Shown: in pieces, positions 10,911 to 20,235 of the stretch | Position numbering within the stretch: position 1 is the stretch's first letter | How the letters are laid out: each line of letters begins with the position of its first letter | Virus record (IMG/VR): IMGVR_UViG_3300014838_000020 | Location: 11,390-75,389 of that record | Length of the DNA: 64,000 nucleotides | Direction: 5' to 3' (one strand) | Origin: a virus | Notes under the pieces: model-generated | The model's database searches: none | What the model was told of the DNA's origin: nothing | What the model saw: the letters and a program-made list of their open reading frames with translations, nothing else | Made by a program: the position numbers and the translations under genes

Positions 10911-11906
10911 ATGTCAGTCGTCTATCCTCTAACTCTCCCCCAAACATTACCGTGGAAGGTTCGAAACTTTCCTGATGACGTATACAATTTTAATCCAACT
11001 GATAATTTAACTCAATTAATGAGCATCGCTCTAGGTGCAGCAGGAACTGGGCAACTAGATCTAATCTACACAGCAGCCCGAATTAATCAAGAGAACCTAG
11101 AGTTCTCTGACCTAGACAATATTTTGGGACTTCTTTTAAACACTCGAAGATTAGTAACAGAGATGTATAATACTGTTAATAATCCATTCACTGACCAGCT
11201 AAGTATTGACAATTGGGAAGATGTCATATCAAAAGATTCAGCCTATAGAGAAAGATTAAATGGCGTTGGCAGTTCCTATCTACAAGGGGCTACTCCAACA
11301 GGTTTAAGAAATATTGCCAATTCTACAAACTCCCTTGAAAATAAGATCATCGAAGTTTGGAATGTAACTACTTCTGGTTTAACAGTTTCTGGTACTAACT
11401 ACAACACCAGAGGCTTTGGCGTTAACGAAACTCTTATTGTCCCGTTAGTACCTGATGATCTAACATTTGATAATGACCTAAAACGAGATACACTACAGAG
11501 TCTTTACAACTTAAAACCTGTTGGTAATATAGTTACAATTACCAGTGGTGTAAATCCATATAATGACTTAGATTACATAGTAACATCGGGGAATTCTGAA
11601 TTTTTCTATCTAGATCGTCAAGTACTTGCTAATGGGGTTAACACACCATCTTCTGTCTTTAATGCAGGCAATACTGCTGTAAGTAGCAGATATTTTTTGA
11701 AAAATAATGTAAACGTCGAAGTACCACAATTTGCTCATATAGTGACGGAAGAATCAATAACTGATGTAACTCTAAACATTTCAACCGTTGCTGTTATTCC
11801 TTTAAGTTCATTGTCAAGTACTGGAGAACTACCAGGGTATAGCACTACATTACCTATTGGTAATCCCAGTTTTTCTATAACAGCTACGGTATATGGCAAC
11901 GCGTAG
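10911..11906 (+). CDS. Baseplate wedge protein (gpI/P2-I-like)
   Basis: Follows baseplate J; 'DLDNILG...DSAYRERL...GATPTGL' pattern. Confidence 0.6.
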   Translation: MSVVYPLTLPQTLPWKVRNFPDDVYNFNPTDNLTQLMSIALGAAGTGQLDLIYTAARINQENLEFSDLDNILGLLLNTRRLVTEMYNTVNNPFTDQLSIDNWEDVISKDSAYRERLNGVGSSYLQGATPTGLRNIANSTNSLENKIIEVWNVTTSGLTVSGTNYNTRGFGVNETLIVPLVPDDLTFDNDLKRDTLQSLYNLKPVGNIVTITSGVNPYNDLDYIVTSGNSEFFYLDRQVLANGVNTPSSVFNAGNTAVSSRYFLKNNVNVEVPQFAHIVTEESITDVTLNISTVAVIPLSSLSSTGELPGYSTTLPIGNPSFSITATVYGNA

Positions 11907-12495
11907 CATGAGATACGGCTCTAGAGTACCTAAAATCTATGGTCTATATGATCCTAGAAAGCCTGATGACATTAAATATGTTGGTGTTACAATACAAAAT
12001 TTAACTGATCGGCTAAGTAACCATAGACGTAATATTTGGGAAACAAAAAACCCTACTAATAAAGAAAAATGGATTGATAGATTAAAAAGAGAAGGTGTGC
12101 AACCGGAAATTAAACTTCTCGAAGAGTGTGAAACAGTTGAGTTAATGTACGAGCAAGAAATTGTATGGATTCAAAATCTTCGTAAACAAGGTTATAAACT
12201 TGCTAATACGAGTAAGGGAGGAAGAGGGGGTTTTTCCTACCCTAAGAGTGATAAATGGAAACAGTTTATTAAAGAAGATAATATTAGACGTAATTTAGAT
12301 CCAGAGTACCATAAAAAATTATCACAAGCACAGGTAGAATCTTATAAAAATAATCCAGAGCAAAAAGAGAAACAAAGTAGTTCTCAAAAACTCCTGTGGC
12401 AAGATCCAGAATGGAGGAGTAAAACGATTGCAACGATGAAGAAAAACCGTTCGATCAACCCCACTCTTCATCGTAATAAAAACGGAAACCAATAG
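11893..12495 (+). CDS. Free-standing GIY-YIG homing endonuclease
   Basis: IYGLYDPR...KYVGVT, R-L-x-x-H, E-x-x-WI and LAN...GG motifs; basic C-terminal DNA-binding repeats. Confidence 0.85.
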   Translation: MATRSMRYGSRVPKIYGLYDPRKPDDIKYVGVTIQNLTDRLSNHRRNIWETKNPTNKEKWIDRLKREGVQPEIKLLEECETVELMYEQEIVWIQNLRKQGYKLANTSKGGRGGFSYPKSDKWKQFIKEDNIRRNLDPEYHKKLSQAQVESYKNNPEQKEKQSSSQKLLWQDPEWRSKTIATMKKNRSINPTLHRNKNGNQ

Positions 12496-14648
12496 TGGCA
12501 ATTACCCCTCCCCAACTCAACCCGCTTTTAACCTTTCCTGACAATTCACAGTTACCGGAAATGTCCGTAGATGGTATCATAATTGATCGTGTATATGGAG
12601 CAACTGGTGTATTAGACACTATCCAGAGTAAAACAACATCACAGTATCAGGACCCAAATAGCAATCAGATTAATCCACCTGCTCAAATTTCATTACCTAA
12701 TCAGGGCAACTCTACAGTTTGGTACAGTTCTTTAGTTGACGATGTTTATAATACTGGGTTTGCATTAGCCTTTCAATTTAGTAGAACTACGTATATAAAT
12801 TATGTAACTTTTGATTTACTGAATGTGCCTTGTTCTTGGACACTATTACAAGTTAGTGGTACTTATAGTCCAATAATTGGCGGGAATGTGTTAGCTCAAG
12901 GTATAGTAAATGGAACTAATAGTCAAGGCTGGATAAATTTTGAAGAGACATTACCAGAAACTTGCTATTTCGATAGCAGTATTAATTTGGTATTAGTTAT
13001 AACTAAGTTACCTACTGGTACTCAATATAATTTCGGTGTGCAAAATTTCTTAACTAAATTAGTAGTTCAGGAAATCTCTGATATCGAAATGAATATTGGT
13101 TCTTTTGCTTATGACCAATATATTAGCTCTCTAGCCCCTTCTGCATGGTGGAAATTGTCTGATGCAGTTGAAAACTCTCCAACTGCTATTGACTCATCGG
13201 GTAATGGGTATATAGGCACCGTCATGAGTGGCGTAACATTCGGTAAGACTGGACCCACTGGTACAGGTGCTGACACAGCGGCGTTATTCAACGGCATTTC
13301 GGGTCACATCTCTACATCATTCCAACCTTCAGGCACTGCATTTAGTCTGACGGTCGCTCTTAACATGAAAAAACCAAGTGGTTCAGAGTTGCTGGTGTCA
13401 TCATCAGATGAACGCTATACTGGCATTGAGATTCTCATTGACGCAAATGGTAATTATCATGTGAAAGTTGGCAATGGAACAACAATGGTGAACTTTATGG
13501 GTGCTACGGTTGTTGCTGACTCAACATGGCACTTCATAACATTTACATACAATGGTTCTATCGTTCGTTCTTATGTTGACTATAATAGTACAGTGGATGG
13601 ATCTGCAGTGTTAAGCGGTAGTATTCTGAGTAATCTTTTTAGTATTGTATTGGGCACATATGCACCAGCACCTGGAACTTTTAATTTTTCTGGTACAATG
13701 GCACAAGTTGCGATCTTTAACACTGTTCTTACTACTGCTCAACTCGCTGCATTGAAAAATGCAGTATCTGTAGTTGGACAATATACAATTCCTTCTATGA
13801 CCACTCAAAATAGTTTTGGGTTTATTGAAACCTTTACATCGGTAATATATAATTATGGTAATTTTCAAGTTCCAAATCAAGAAAGTATATACTGGAAGTG
13901 TAGTCCTCAACCAGTAAAGGATGCAGTAGTTTGGTTTACATTAGATCTTGGACAAACTCAAGTAATCAATAGAATGTATGTCGACCCTTTATATACTGGC
14001 TGTTCATTTAATTTATATTGGAGTATCGACAATATTAATTGGACTCCTGTTAACCAGGATCTAACATTGCACAAAGGTATGTATTGTTTGAACCCAATTT
14101 GCGCCAGGTATCTTAAATTAGAATTCTCCCAATTAGTCCCCGAAGTGTATGATCTCCCATTTGATGCTGTTAATAGAGTCGTACAGGTATTCCCAGATTA
14201 TGTTGATACATATTTCCTTGGATTAGAACAGGCTCTTCTAGATGCACCCGCACAAACTTATAATAACTTAGTTGGTAATAGCCCTAACATACTTTACAAT
14301 ACTTCTCCAAGCATCTCTAGTAACTATGGAGCCCTAGTTGGTCAATTAACTTCTGATCAATTTGGTGGTTCACCTACAAATCTTGGATTAGCTAATCTGG
14401 GGGATAATAGTTCAAGTTATAGTGTAGTAGATCCTACAGTTTCATATAAAAATCTGCAAGACGTTGCGAATGAAGGAAGTATTTTCTCTAATGTGGGTGA
14501 TACCCCATTCATGAATCGTAGATTCTATCAGTATGGACCTCATACATATAAAGAAGTCTTGATCAATCAAACTTGGCATGAAGCATATTTTGTTGGCATC
14601 AAATATCTAAGTTTTTATAACATAGAACAAATTGGATTCCCACAATAA
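12495..14648 (+). CDS. Tail/baseplate protein with LamG (concanavalin A-like) domain
   Basis: 'PSAWWKLSD...AIDSSGNG...WHFITFTYNG...FSGTMAQVAIFNTVLT' LamG signature; discoidin-like 'TLDLGQTQVINRMY' region; GTG start overlapping TAG. Confidence 0.75.
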   Translation: MAITPPQLNPLLTFPDNSQLPEMSVDGIIIDRVYGATGVLDTIQSKTTSQYQDPNSNQINPPAQISLPNQGNSTVWYSSLVDDVYNTGFALAFQFSRTTYINYVTFDLLNVPCSWTLLQVSGTYSPIIGGNVLAQGIVNGTNSQGWINFEETLPETCYFDSSINLVLVITKLPTGTQYNFGVQNFLTKLVVQEISDIEMNIGSFAYDQYISSLAPSAWWKLSDAVENSPTAIDSSGNGYIGTVMSGVTFGKTGPTGTGADTAALFNGISGHISTSFQPSGTAFSLTVALNMKKPSGSELLVSSSDERYTGIEILIDANGNYHVKVGNGTTMVNFMGATVVADSTWHFITFTYNGSIVRSYVDYNSTVDGSAVLSGSILSNLFSIVLGTYAPAPGTFNFSGTMAQVAIFNTVLTTAQLAALKNAVSVVGQYTIPSMTTQNSFGFIETFTSVIYNYGNFQVPNQESIYWKCSPQPVKDAVVWFTLDLGQTQVINRMYVDPLYTGCSFNLYWSIDNINWTPVNQDLTLHKGMYCLNPICARYLKLEFSQLVPEVYDLPFDAVNRVVQVFPDYVDTYFLGLEQALLDAPAQTYNNLVGNSPNILYNTSPSISSNYGALVGQLTSDQFGGSPTNLGLANLGDNSSSYSVVDPTVSYKNLQDVANEGSIFSNVGDTPFMNRRFYQYGPHTYKEVLINQTWHEAYFVGIKYLSFYNIEQIGFPQ

Positions 14649-16099
14649 TGGCAGTTTTTACTGACTACTTCTTCGCTGTTGGCCCAAATAATAACCAGGC
14701 AGTTTCTAATACATTAATTAATCCAGCGTCAACGGCCACTTTGGTATCAGGATACGGTGGATATACAGGGAACGCTGGGGATATACTACAAACAAATCAA
14801 TTGCGTACTATACAAAGTTTTCAAAGTTTTAATGTAGGTAGCATTGCTACTGATTGGCAGAGTTTTTTAAGTTCAACGGTCACTCTTTTGAGGAGCAACT
14901 CTCCTGCTCAATTGGGACTTACTATTTCTGGTGTTTTCTATACTTCAAACCAGACTAACCCTAATTATGGTATCTATACATTTAGTGGATCGAGCGGGAA
15001 TAGTTATGTTCAAACTACTTTAGGTGGTGGTAATAACTTGTTAACTTCTAGTGAGGCAAACTTCACTACGGGAGGATGGTCAGGCAGTAATGTAACTTCT
15101 GGCACTAGTGTTACAATATCTGGATTAACATCAGTCAATATTCCACTTCTTTCTGATGTATCTTATGGCGCATCATTCGGTGAGTTCCCATATGGTACAT
15201 CAGCACTTGGTGGTTTGGCCATAGAAGGATTAAACATAAATCAGTATGACTATTTAGTAACTGCTTCTGGCACTGGGACAGTCACTATGACTATTAATTA
15301 CTCTTCTACTAGTTATACACAGAAATTTACAATTTCTGGAATCGATAATCTTAATTTTTTAACAAATCAGCCAGATAACACTGATGTAATAAATATATCA
15401 TTAACAACCAGTGGGCAAATTACATATTCACAAGCTGGTTTGTTTAATGGATATACTACTTCGTGGGTATCGTCTTTGCTAACGGATAGTATGAGAATTT
15501 CTACTGTGGCTAGGCTTTTTCTTCCTAATACCAGCACTGGCACATATACACTTTCTCTGTATAGTAATGCTGGTGTTTTATTAGCTGATAAGTTTTTCTC
15601 TGGGTTGCTAACGCAAACATGGATCGACCTTACTGTTGATTATATATTACCTCCCCAAGTTACTAACCAATCGTTTTATGCTGTATTATCTCAAAGTTAC
15701 TCTACGGAAGTATACGAGCTCAGTATGTTTGGGATGTTCTATAATCCACTTTCTTATCAATTTAGTACTGATAACTCTACATGGTATCCGATTACCATCG
15801 GCATTAATGATGCATTTACTGCAATTACTATTGAACAACCAACTCAAAGTTTTTACTTAAAGGTTACTTTCTTACAGGATTACACAACAATCAATGCAAT
15901 ACAAATTGTACCTAAATTTACTCAAACTCCTTTTTATAATTCCACTAATATTAACTTTTTGAGTGACCCAAAAATTAATGAAATCGCTGATAGGATTCCG
16001 GTTCAACTACAACCATTGTTCCAACCTATATCATTGGACTTTCCATTCATCTACTCACAACAAGAGTTAATGAATATAACATCACCGTTTTTGCTGTAG
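14648..16099 (+). CDS. Tail/baseplate structural protein, Ser/Thr/Gly-rich
   Basis: TAATG overlap; beta-rich composition; last structural gene of the + strand block. Confidence 0.55.
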   Translation: MAVFTDYFFAVGPNNNQAVSNTLINPASTATLVSGYGGYTGNAGDILQTNQLRTIQSFQSFNVGSIATDWQSFLSSTVTLLRSNSPAQLGLTISGVFYTSNQTNPNYGIYTFSGSSGNSYVQTTLGGGNNLLTSSEANFTTGGWSGSNVTSGTSVTISGLTSVNIPLLSDVSYGASFGEFPYGTSALGGLAIEGLNINQYDYLVTASGTGTVTMTINYSSTSYTQKFTISGIDNLNFLTNQPDNTDVINISLTTSGQITYSQAGLFNGYTTSWVSSLLTDSMRISTVARLFLPNTSTGTYTLSLYSNAGVLLADKFFSGLLTQTWIDLTVDYILPPQVTNQSFYAVLSQSYSTEVYELSMFGMFYNPLSYQFSTDNSTWYPITIGINDAFTAITIEQPTQSFYLKVTFLQDYTTINAIQIVPKFTQTPFYNSTNINFLSDPKINEIADRIPVQLQPLFQPISLDFPFIYSQQELMNITSPFLL

Positions 16100-16104
16100 T
16101 TAGT

Positions 16105-16923
16105 ATGATTAAACTCTGTGAATGTGGTCTTTGCAATCTAGAGGTTAAACCCAACAATAGGTTCATTAAAGGACATAATCGTAAAAAGTATTTAGTAAGT
16201 AAAAATGAATCCCTTAGTCAGCGTAGGGAAAAATTAAAGAATCTTGGATCTTTAGAAATAAAAGAAGGGATTAAACTTTGTGCTTGTGGCTGTAATGAAA
16301 CAGTTAAACTAGGGAATAAATATATTAATCATCATTCTAATAGGGGAATAATACTATCTAAAAGAAGTAAGGTGATAACACCCAGAATTTGCGTTTGTGG
16401 TTGTAACGAAACATTTATTTCTAAAAGAAGAGAGACTCAATATAAACGAGGGCATTCTAACAGAGGTTTAAAACACACTCCAGAACAAATTGAAAAAACC
16501 CGACAATCTAATATAGGCCGTAAACATCCTCCACGCGCTGAAGAGTTTAAGGAAAGAATGTCAAAAACAACAAAACGAGCTTGGGCTGAAGACAGACTCA
16601 AAGTATCTGGTCTTAGATATTCTTCTTATGAAGTATCAGCTGCTCATTACCTTGAACCTCTTGGATTTATAGCTACTTATAAAGATCAAAGACGAGTTGT
16701 TTGTACAGATAGAACTAGAGTTCCTGATTTTATCAATTACGATACCATGCAAATAGTAGAATTATTTGGGGTTTGGTGGCATAGAGATCGTCCTTTGCCT
16801 AAAGGAAAATCTCATGAGACCCATGGATATATCATAAAGCGTTATAAAGAAGTGGGGTATGCTTGTCGAGTAATATGGATTGAAGAAGAATTCGATGATT
16901 TTATTAAAGAGCTAAATAAGTAA
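16105..16923 (+). CDS. Free-standing homing endonuclease (CxCGC repeats, NUMOD3, Vsr-like/EDxHD nuclease domain)
   Basis: Three CxCG(x)C...GH repeats, KHTPEQIEK NUMOD3 motif, PDF...IVELFGVWWH nuclease motif; paralog of 55736..56572. Confidence 0.75.
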   Translation: MIKLCECGLCNLEVKPNNRFIKGHNRKKYLVSKNESLSQRREKLKNLGSLEIKEGIKLCACGCNETVKLGNKYINHHSNRGIILSKRSKVITPRICVCGCNETFISKRRETQYKRGHSNRGLKHTPEQIEKTRQSNIGRKHPPRAEEFKERMSKTTKRAWAEDRLKVSGLRYSSYEVSAAHYLEPLGFIATYKDQRRVVCTDRTRVPDFINYDTMQIVELFGVWWHRDRPLPKGKSHETHGYIIKRYKEVGYACRVIWIEEEFDDFIKELNK

Positions 16924-16933
16924 ATATATCATC

Positions 16934-17581
16934 TTAGAGATCTAATACAAATTGCGAATTTCCATAATTTGCCTGGTATTTAGTAATATCTAAGTTTCTA
17001 AAGTAGCGTTCATTTCTGTTGACGCCATCTTCCTTGTAAATGCTGGGAGGTCTTTCATTTAAATTTACTTCAAAGAGTTCTGGATGGTAAAGAGCATATC
17101 CTTTTTGTAGGGTATTTTCTGCTTTTGTTGCTATTCTCTTAGCACTGTCTAAGTCTTCATAGTCTGTATTTTTCAACTCTAAAATTTCTTCTTTCTTTGA
17201 CAGCAAGTAACTATATTTGTAGGCACAAATATTCATTGTTCCTGGATCAGAATTAAGCATACACACCACATCTGGTTCTCCTGCTGGAATATCATTTACC
17301 AGTTTACCAAAGTTAGGACCTGCTTTACATGTATCATGTAGTAAGAACCAGTAGTCAGATTCTATTTCATTTTCCACGATATCTATTAAAGCAGTATAGT
17401 CAAAAGAGTTATGTGCTACTCGTGTATGAGTAATTCCTTTGCGAATTTCCCACCATCTTTCGGCGTACCCTCCCTCAAAGATAAAGATATCTTTAGTTTC
17501 TACACTTTGAAGTAGAGAGGGAATAATAACAGGTAAAGTATAAGAACTGAACTTACGTACAGAACTTATTGCTATCTTCAT
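16934..17581 (-). CDS. Putative GT-A fold glycosyltransferase
   Basis: N-terminal beta-alpha 'KIAISS...LPVIIPSL' and 'YWFLLHDTC' DxD-like motif; last gene of the sugar operon. Confidence 0.55.
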   Translation of the reverse strand: MKIAISSVRKFSSYTLPVIIPSLLQSVETKDIFIFEGGYAERWWEIRKGITHTRVAHNSFDYTALIDIVENEIESDYWFLLHDTCKAGPNFGKLVNDIPAGEPDVVCMLNSDPGTMNICAYKYSYLLSKKEEILELKNTDYEDLDSAKRIATKAENTLQKGYALYHPELFEVNLNERPPSIYKEDGVNRNERYFRNLDITKYQANYGNSQFVLDL

Positions 17582-18432
17582 TTTACTAAACTTGTTAGAA
17601 TTTCTTTATAAGAGTCTAAAATATCTGTTGTTTGTAAATAGTCTCTCTGTGTATGGAAAGCATAATGAACGATTAACACATCCCCATAAATAATATTGGG
17701 ACGATTTAAACGTCGTGGAATATCGGAAGAAACTGCAATCTCTTCATTCCAATCTAGTTCAACACCTGCAAGATCTCGTCCAAACCAACAAAGAGAATTG
17801 ATGGATATTCTTTCATACTCAGCAAGTACCCATTCAGGGAAACGATAATCGTCTAATGTATTATTAGATAGTTTATCTAGGAAGTTCTTGTGCTTTTTAA
17901 CAGCCACTTCTCCATTTTCAACTCCATTAATATTTACACAGTCATATGCAATATTTTCTGCAATATTAAGTGCGCGAATTCTTTGGTGGATATGATCACA
18001 GATACTATTATTAATAATATTTGGTAGAACAAATAAATATTCAAGATTTTTAATTCGAAAATTCACCATTTTTTCGATAAAGCCTTCTTCGATATAGATG
18101 ACATCATCATCTAGTCGAACATAAATTGTACTATGGTCTTTGAATCCTTCCCAAAACTTATTCAGTAACAGAGGATTATGTGACTTGCCTTCGAATTCAC
18201 GTTCCGGAAGAGGGAGATGAATTAATCGTTCATCTAGAGTAATTTTATCATACTTTTCCGCTTGTTCATAAAGCCATTTAAGATTTTCTTCATCAGTAGT
18301 ATTGATACAAAATCTAATTTCATCAACATAATCATATTCCCTTAAGATTTGAGGGAGCAGTAATTCCATATACTCTTTTCGACCAGCACCAATAGTGACT
18401 ACAATCTTATATTCCTGTTGCACAGTTATCAT
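17578..18432 (-). CDS. Putative GT-A fold glycosyltransferase
   Basis: 'AGRKEYMELL', 'IYVRLDDDVIYI' DxD motif, 'IVHYAFHTQR' C-terminal His motif. Confidence 0.7.
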   Translation of the reverse strand: MITVQQEYKIVVTIGAGRKEYMELLLPQILREYDYVDEIRFCINTTDEENLKWLYEQAEKYDKITLDERLIHLPLPEREFEGKSHNPLLLNKFWEGFKDHSTIYVRLDDDVIYIEEGFIEKMVNFRIKNLEYLFVLPNIINNSICDHIHQRIRALNIAENIAYDCVNINGVENGEVAVKKHKNFLDKLSNNTLDDYRFPEWVLAEYERISINSLCWFGRDLAGVELDWNEEIAVSSDIPRRLNRPNIIYGDVLIVHYAFHTQRDYLQTTDILDSYKEILTSLVK

Positions 18433-19391
18433 GAAAACAAATCAACCCAAATTAATGCAGCCTCTTTGAACTTCTTAGTGTAACCTTCCGGTTCGCCTTC
18501 GATGACATCAGGTAACTTAGTAATCAATTCTCTATATGTTTCTACTGGAGTTATTTCAGTTAGTTGTATCTTCTGGACTTCTTTCCAGAAATTTTCATTC
18601 ATTTGAAGTCCTGGAGCCTGCTTCTTTAGATTGGTATACACATTAGATTGCTTGCGATGTTCAACTGAAGGATAACCTGAACGAACTGCATAGCCTAGAT
18701 GATCACAAACTTTTTTCGAAAGTACTCCAGCCCAAATGTCATCATATTGATCAAATCCCCAGTCAGGTCCAAAGATCCCAAAGTACATAATTGGAGTAAG
18801 TTCTGCCAACCATGCCAAGTTCATTCCACACATTGGGTAAAAGTTATCTTTGGGTATAGTTTGGGTTTCGTAGAATTGAGTTGGTGAAAACCTCAGACCA
18901 GGATTATGTAGACTAGTAGCGGCATCTAAATCGGGGACGTTACTCCACAGTCCATGACTAATTCCTACTGGAGATTGTTCACGAATGTCATACGGAAATC
19001 CGCGAGTGAACTCAAATTGATTATTCGAAGGGTACCATCCAAGAGTAGTCTTACTCTCTAGATTTTCAATGTGACCTCGTAAAAAATTGGAACCATCAGG
19101 ATAGCAATCATTATCAAGAGTGTAGATGTGTGTAGCTTGTATTTGCCATGCTTTATAATATCCATAAGACCTACAGGCAGAAGACTGAGTAGGAATAATC
19201 CATTCATTCTTGCCTAAGTCCTTCTTGATATCCTTGTGATCATAAATGTATCCATCGAATCCCTTAGGCATTGTCGGTTTATCACCTATATCTTGAATGA
19301 TAATTAATTCAGTAGCCTTTAATTCATCCCACTCTTCTAAAAACTTAAGATGGGGTAAATGATTTGGTATTACAACGATTGGATTAACCAC
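18429..19391 (-). CDS. Reversibly glycosylated polypeptide (RGP)/UDP-arabinopyranose mutase homolog, CAZy GT75
   Basis: Collinear matches to plant RGP/UAM motifs: SACRSYGY, TLDNDC, RGFPYDIRE (autoglycosylated Arg region), SHGLWSNVPDLDA, PMCGMNLAW, YDDIWAG, KVCDHLG, SNVYTNLKK. Confidence 0.9.
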   Translation of the reverse strand: MVNPIVVIPNHLPHLKFLEEWDELKATELIIIQDIGDKPTMPKGFDGYIYDHKDIKKDLGKNEWIIPTQSSACRSYGYYKAWQIQATHIYTLDNDCYPDGSNFLRGHIENLESKTTLGWYPSNNQFEFTRGFPYDIREQSPVGISHGLWSNVPDLDAATSLHNPGLRFSPTQFYETQTIPKDNFYPMCGMNLAWLAELTPIMYFGIFGPDWGFDQYDDIWAGVLSKKVCDHLGYAVRSGYPSVEHRKQSNVYTNLKKQAPGLQMNENFWKEVQKIQLTEITPVETYRELITKLPDVIEGEPEGYTKKFKEAALIWVDLFS

Positions 19392-20227
19392 TCTTTTGTC
19401 CTCTCTAGTCCTTCTTGCCAGTTTATCTTAGGTTGCCAACCATTCACTTTACCTACTGCAATATTATCGTTAGCAAAATGTTGAACATCACCAGGAAGCT
19501 TTTTACCTTCAATGATTCTATCATAATCTAGTGTTTCTAGTAATGTATTAAGAGATAAGATATTCTCTGGGCCACCACCAAAGTCATAATCACTATTCTT
19601 ATATAACTCGAAATTTTGAACTTGATCCATTAATAAATCAATATGGTCATCTATGTAAAGAACATCTCTAGTCTGTGTTCCATCTCCAAAAAGAGTAATA
19701 GTCTTATTTTGCACAGAAGCTTTAATAAACCAAGTGAACCATCCCCCATCTTCTGAACCTTCTTGGTTGTGTCCATAAACACTAGAGGGGCGATTAATGA
19801 TATACTCTAGTCCGTAAAGTTCGTGATACATCTTAATGTATTGCTCGCCAACTAGTTTAGACAATCCATAAGGAGGAATGATTCCATCCTCTCCAGGATA
19901 AACTTTCATGGAAGAATTAAAAATTACAGGGATATTGTATTGCCTCGCAACTTCACAAACATTAAAGGTTCCTATTGCATTATCAATAAAATCTAATTGG
20001 GGATCTCGAAGTGAAATTTGAGTGGAACAATTAGCTCCGAGATGAACAATCATACAAGGGTGATGTTTTTCTACCGCACTCCTCAGTAAGTAATAATCAG
20101 AAGTGGAAGCACCATGCTTCTTATCCATGCCTACAACATTAGGTAGTTTGTTAAGAAGATGGCCACCAATAAATCCTGCACTGCCTGTAACCAGGATTTT
20201 CTTGTTATATAATTTGTCCAAAGTCAT
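19370..20227 (-). CDS. NAD-dependent nucleotide-sugar epimerase (extended SDR, CDP-tyvelose 2-epimerase-like)
   Basis: TGSAGFIG NAD-binding motif, YGLSK catalytic YxxxK, 'EDGGWFTWF' and 'GDGTQTRDVLYIDD' similar to the RfbE subgroup. Confidence 0.85.
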   Translation of the reverse strand: MTLDKLYNKKILVTGSAGFIGGHLLNKLPNVVGMDKKHGASTSDYYLLRSAVEKHHPCMIVHLGANCSTQISLRDPQLDFIDNAIGTFNVCEVARQYNIPVIFNSSMKVYPGEDGIIPPYGLSKLVGEQYIKMYHELYGLEYIINRPSSVYGHNQEGSEDGGWFTWFIKASVQNKTITLFGDGTQTRDVLYIDDHIDLLMDQVQNFELYKNSDYDFGGGPENILSLNTLLETLDYDRIIEGKKLPGDVQHFANDNIAVGKVNGWQPKINWQEGLERTKEWLIQSL

Positions 20228-20235
20228 AATACTAT

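Noticed and set aside
470-13910. Short - strand ORFs inside structural genes (e.g. 470-769, 6550-6945, 13611-13910)
   Set aside because: Antisense shadows of long + strand genes with no motifs or RBS
16923-16934. Bidirectional terminator at the convergence of the two transcription arms
   Set aside because: The gap is only about 10 nt and no convincing hairpin is visible
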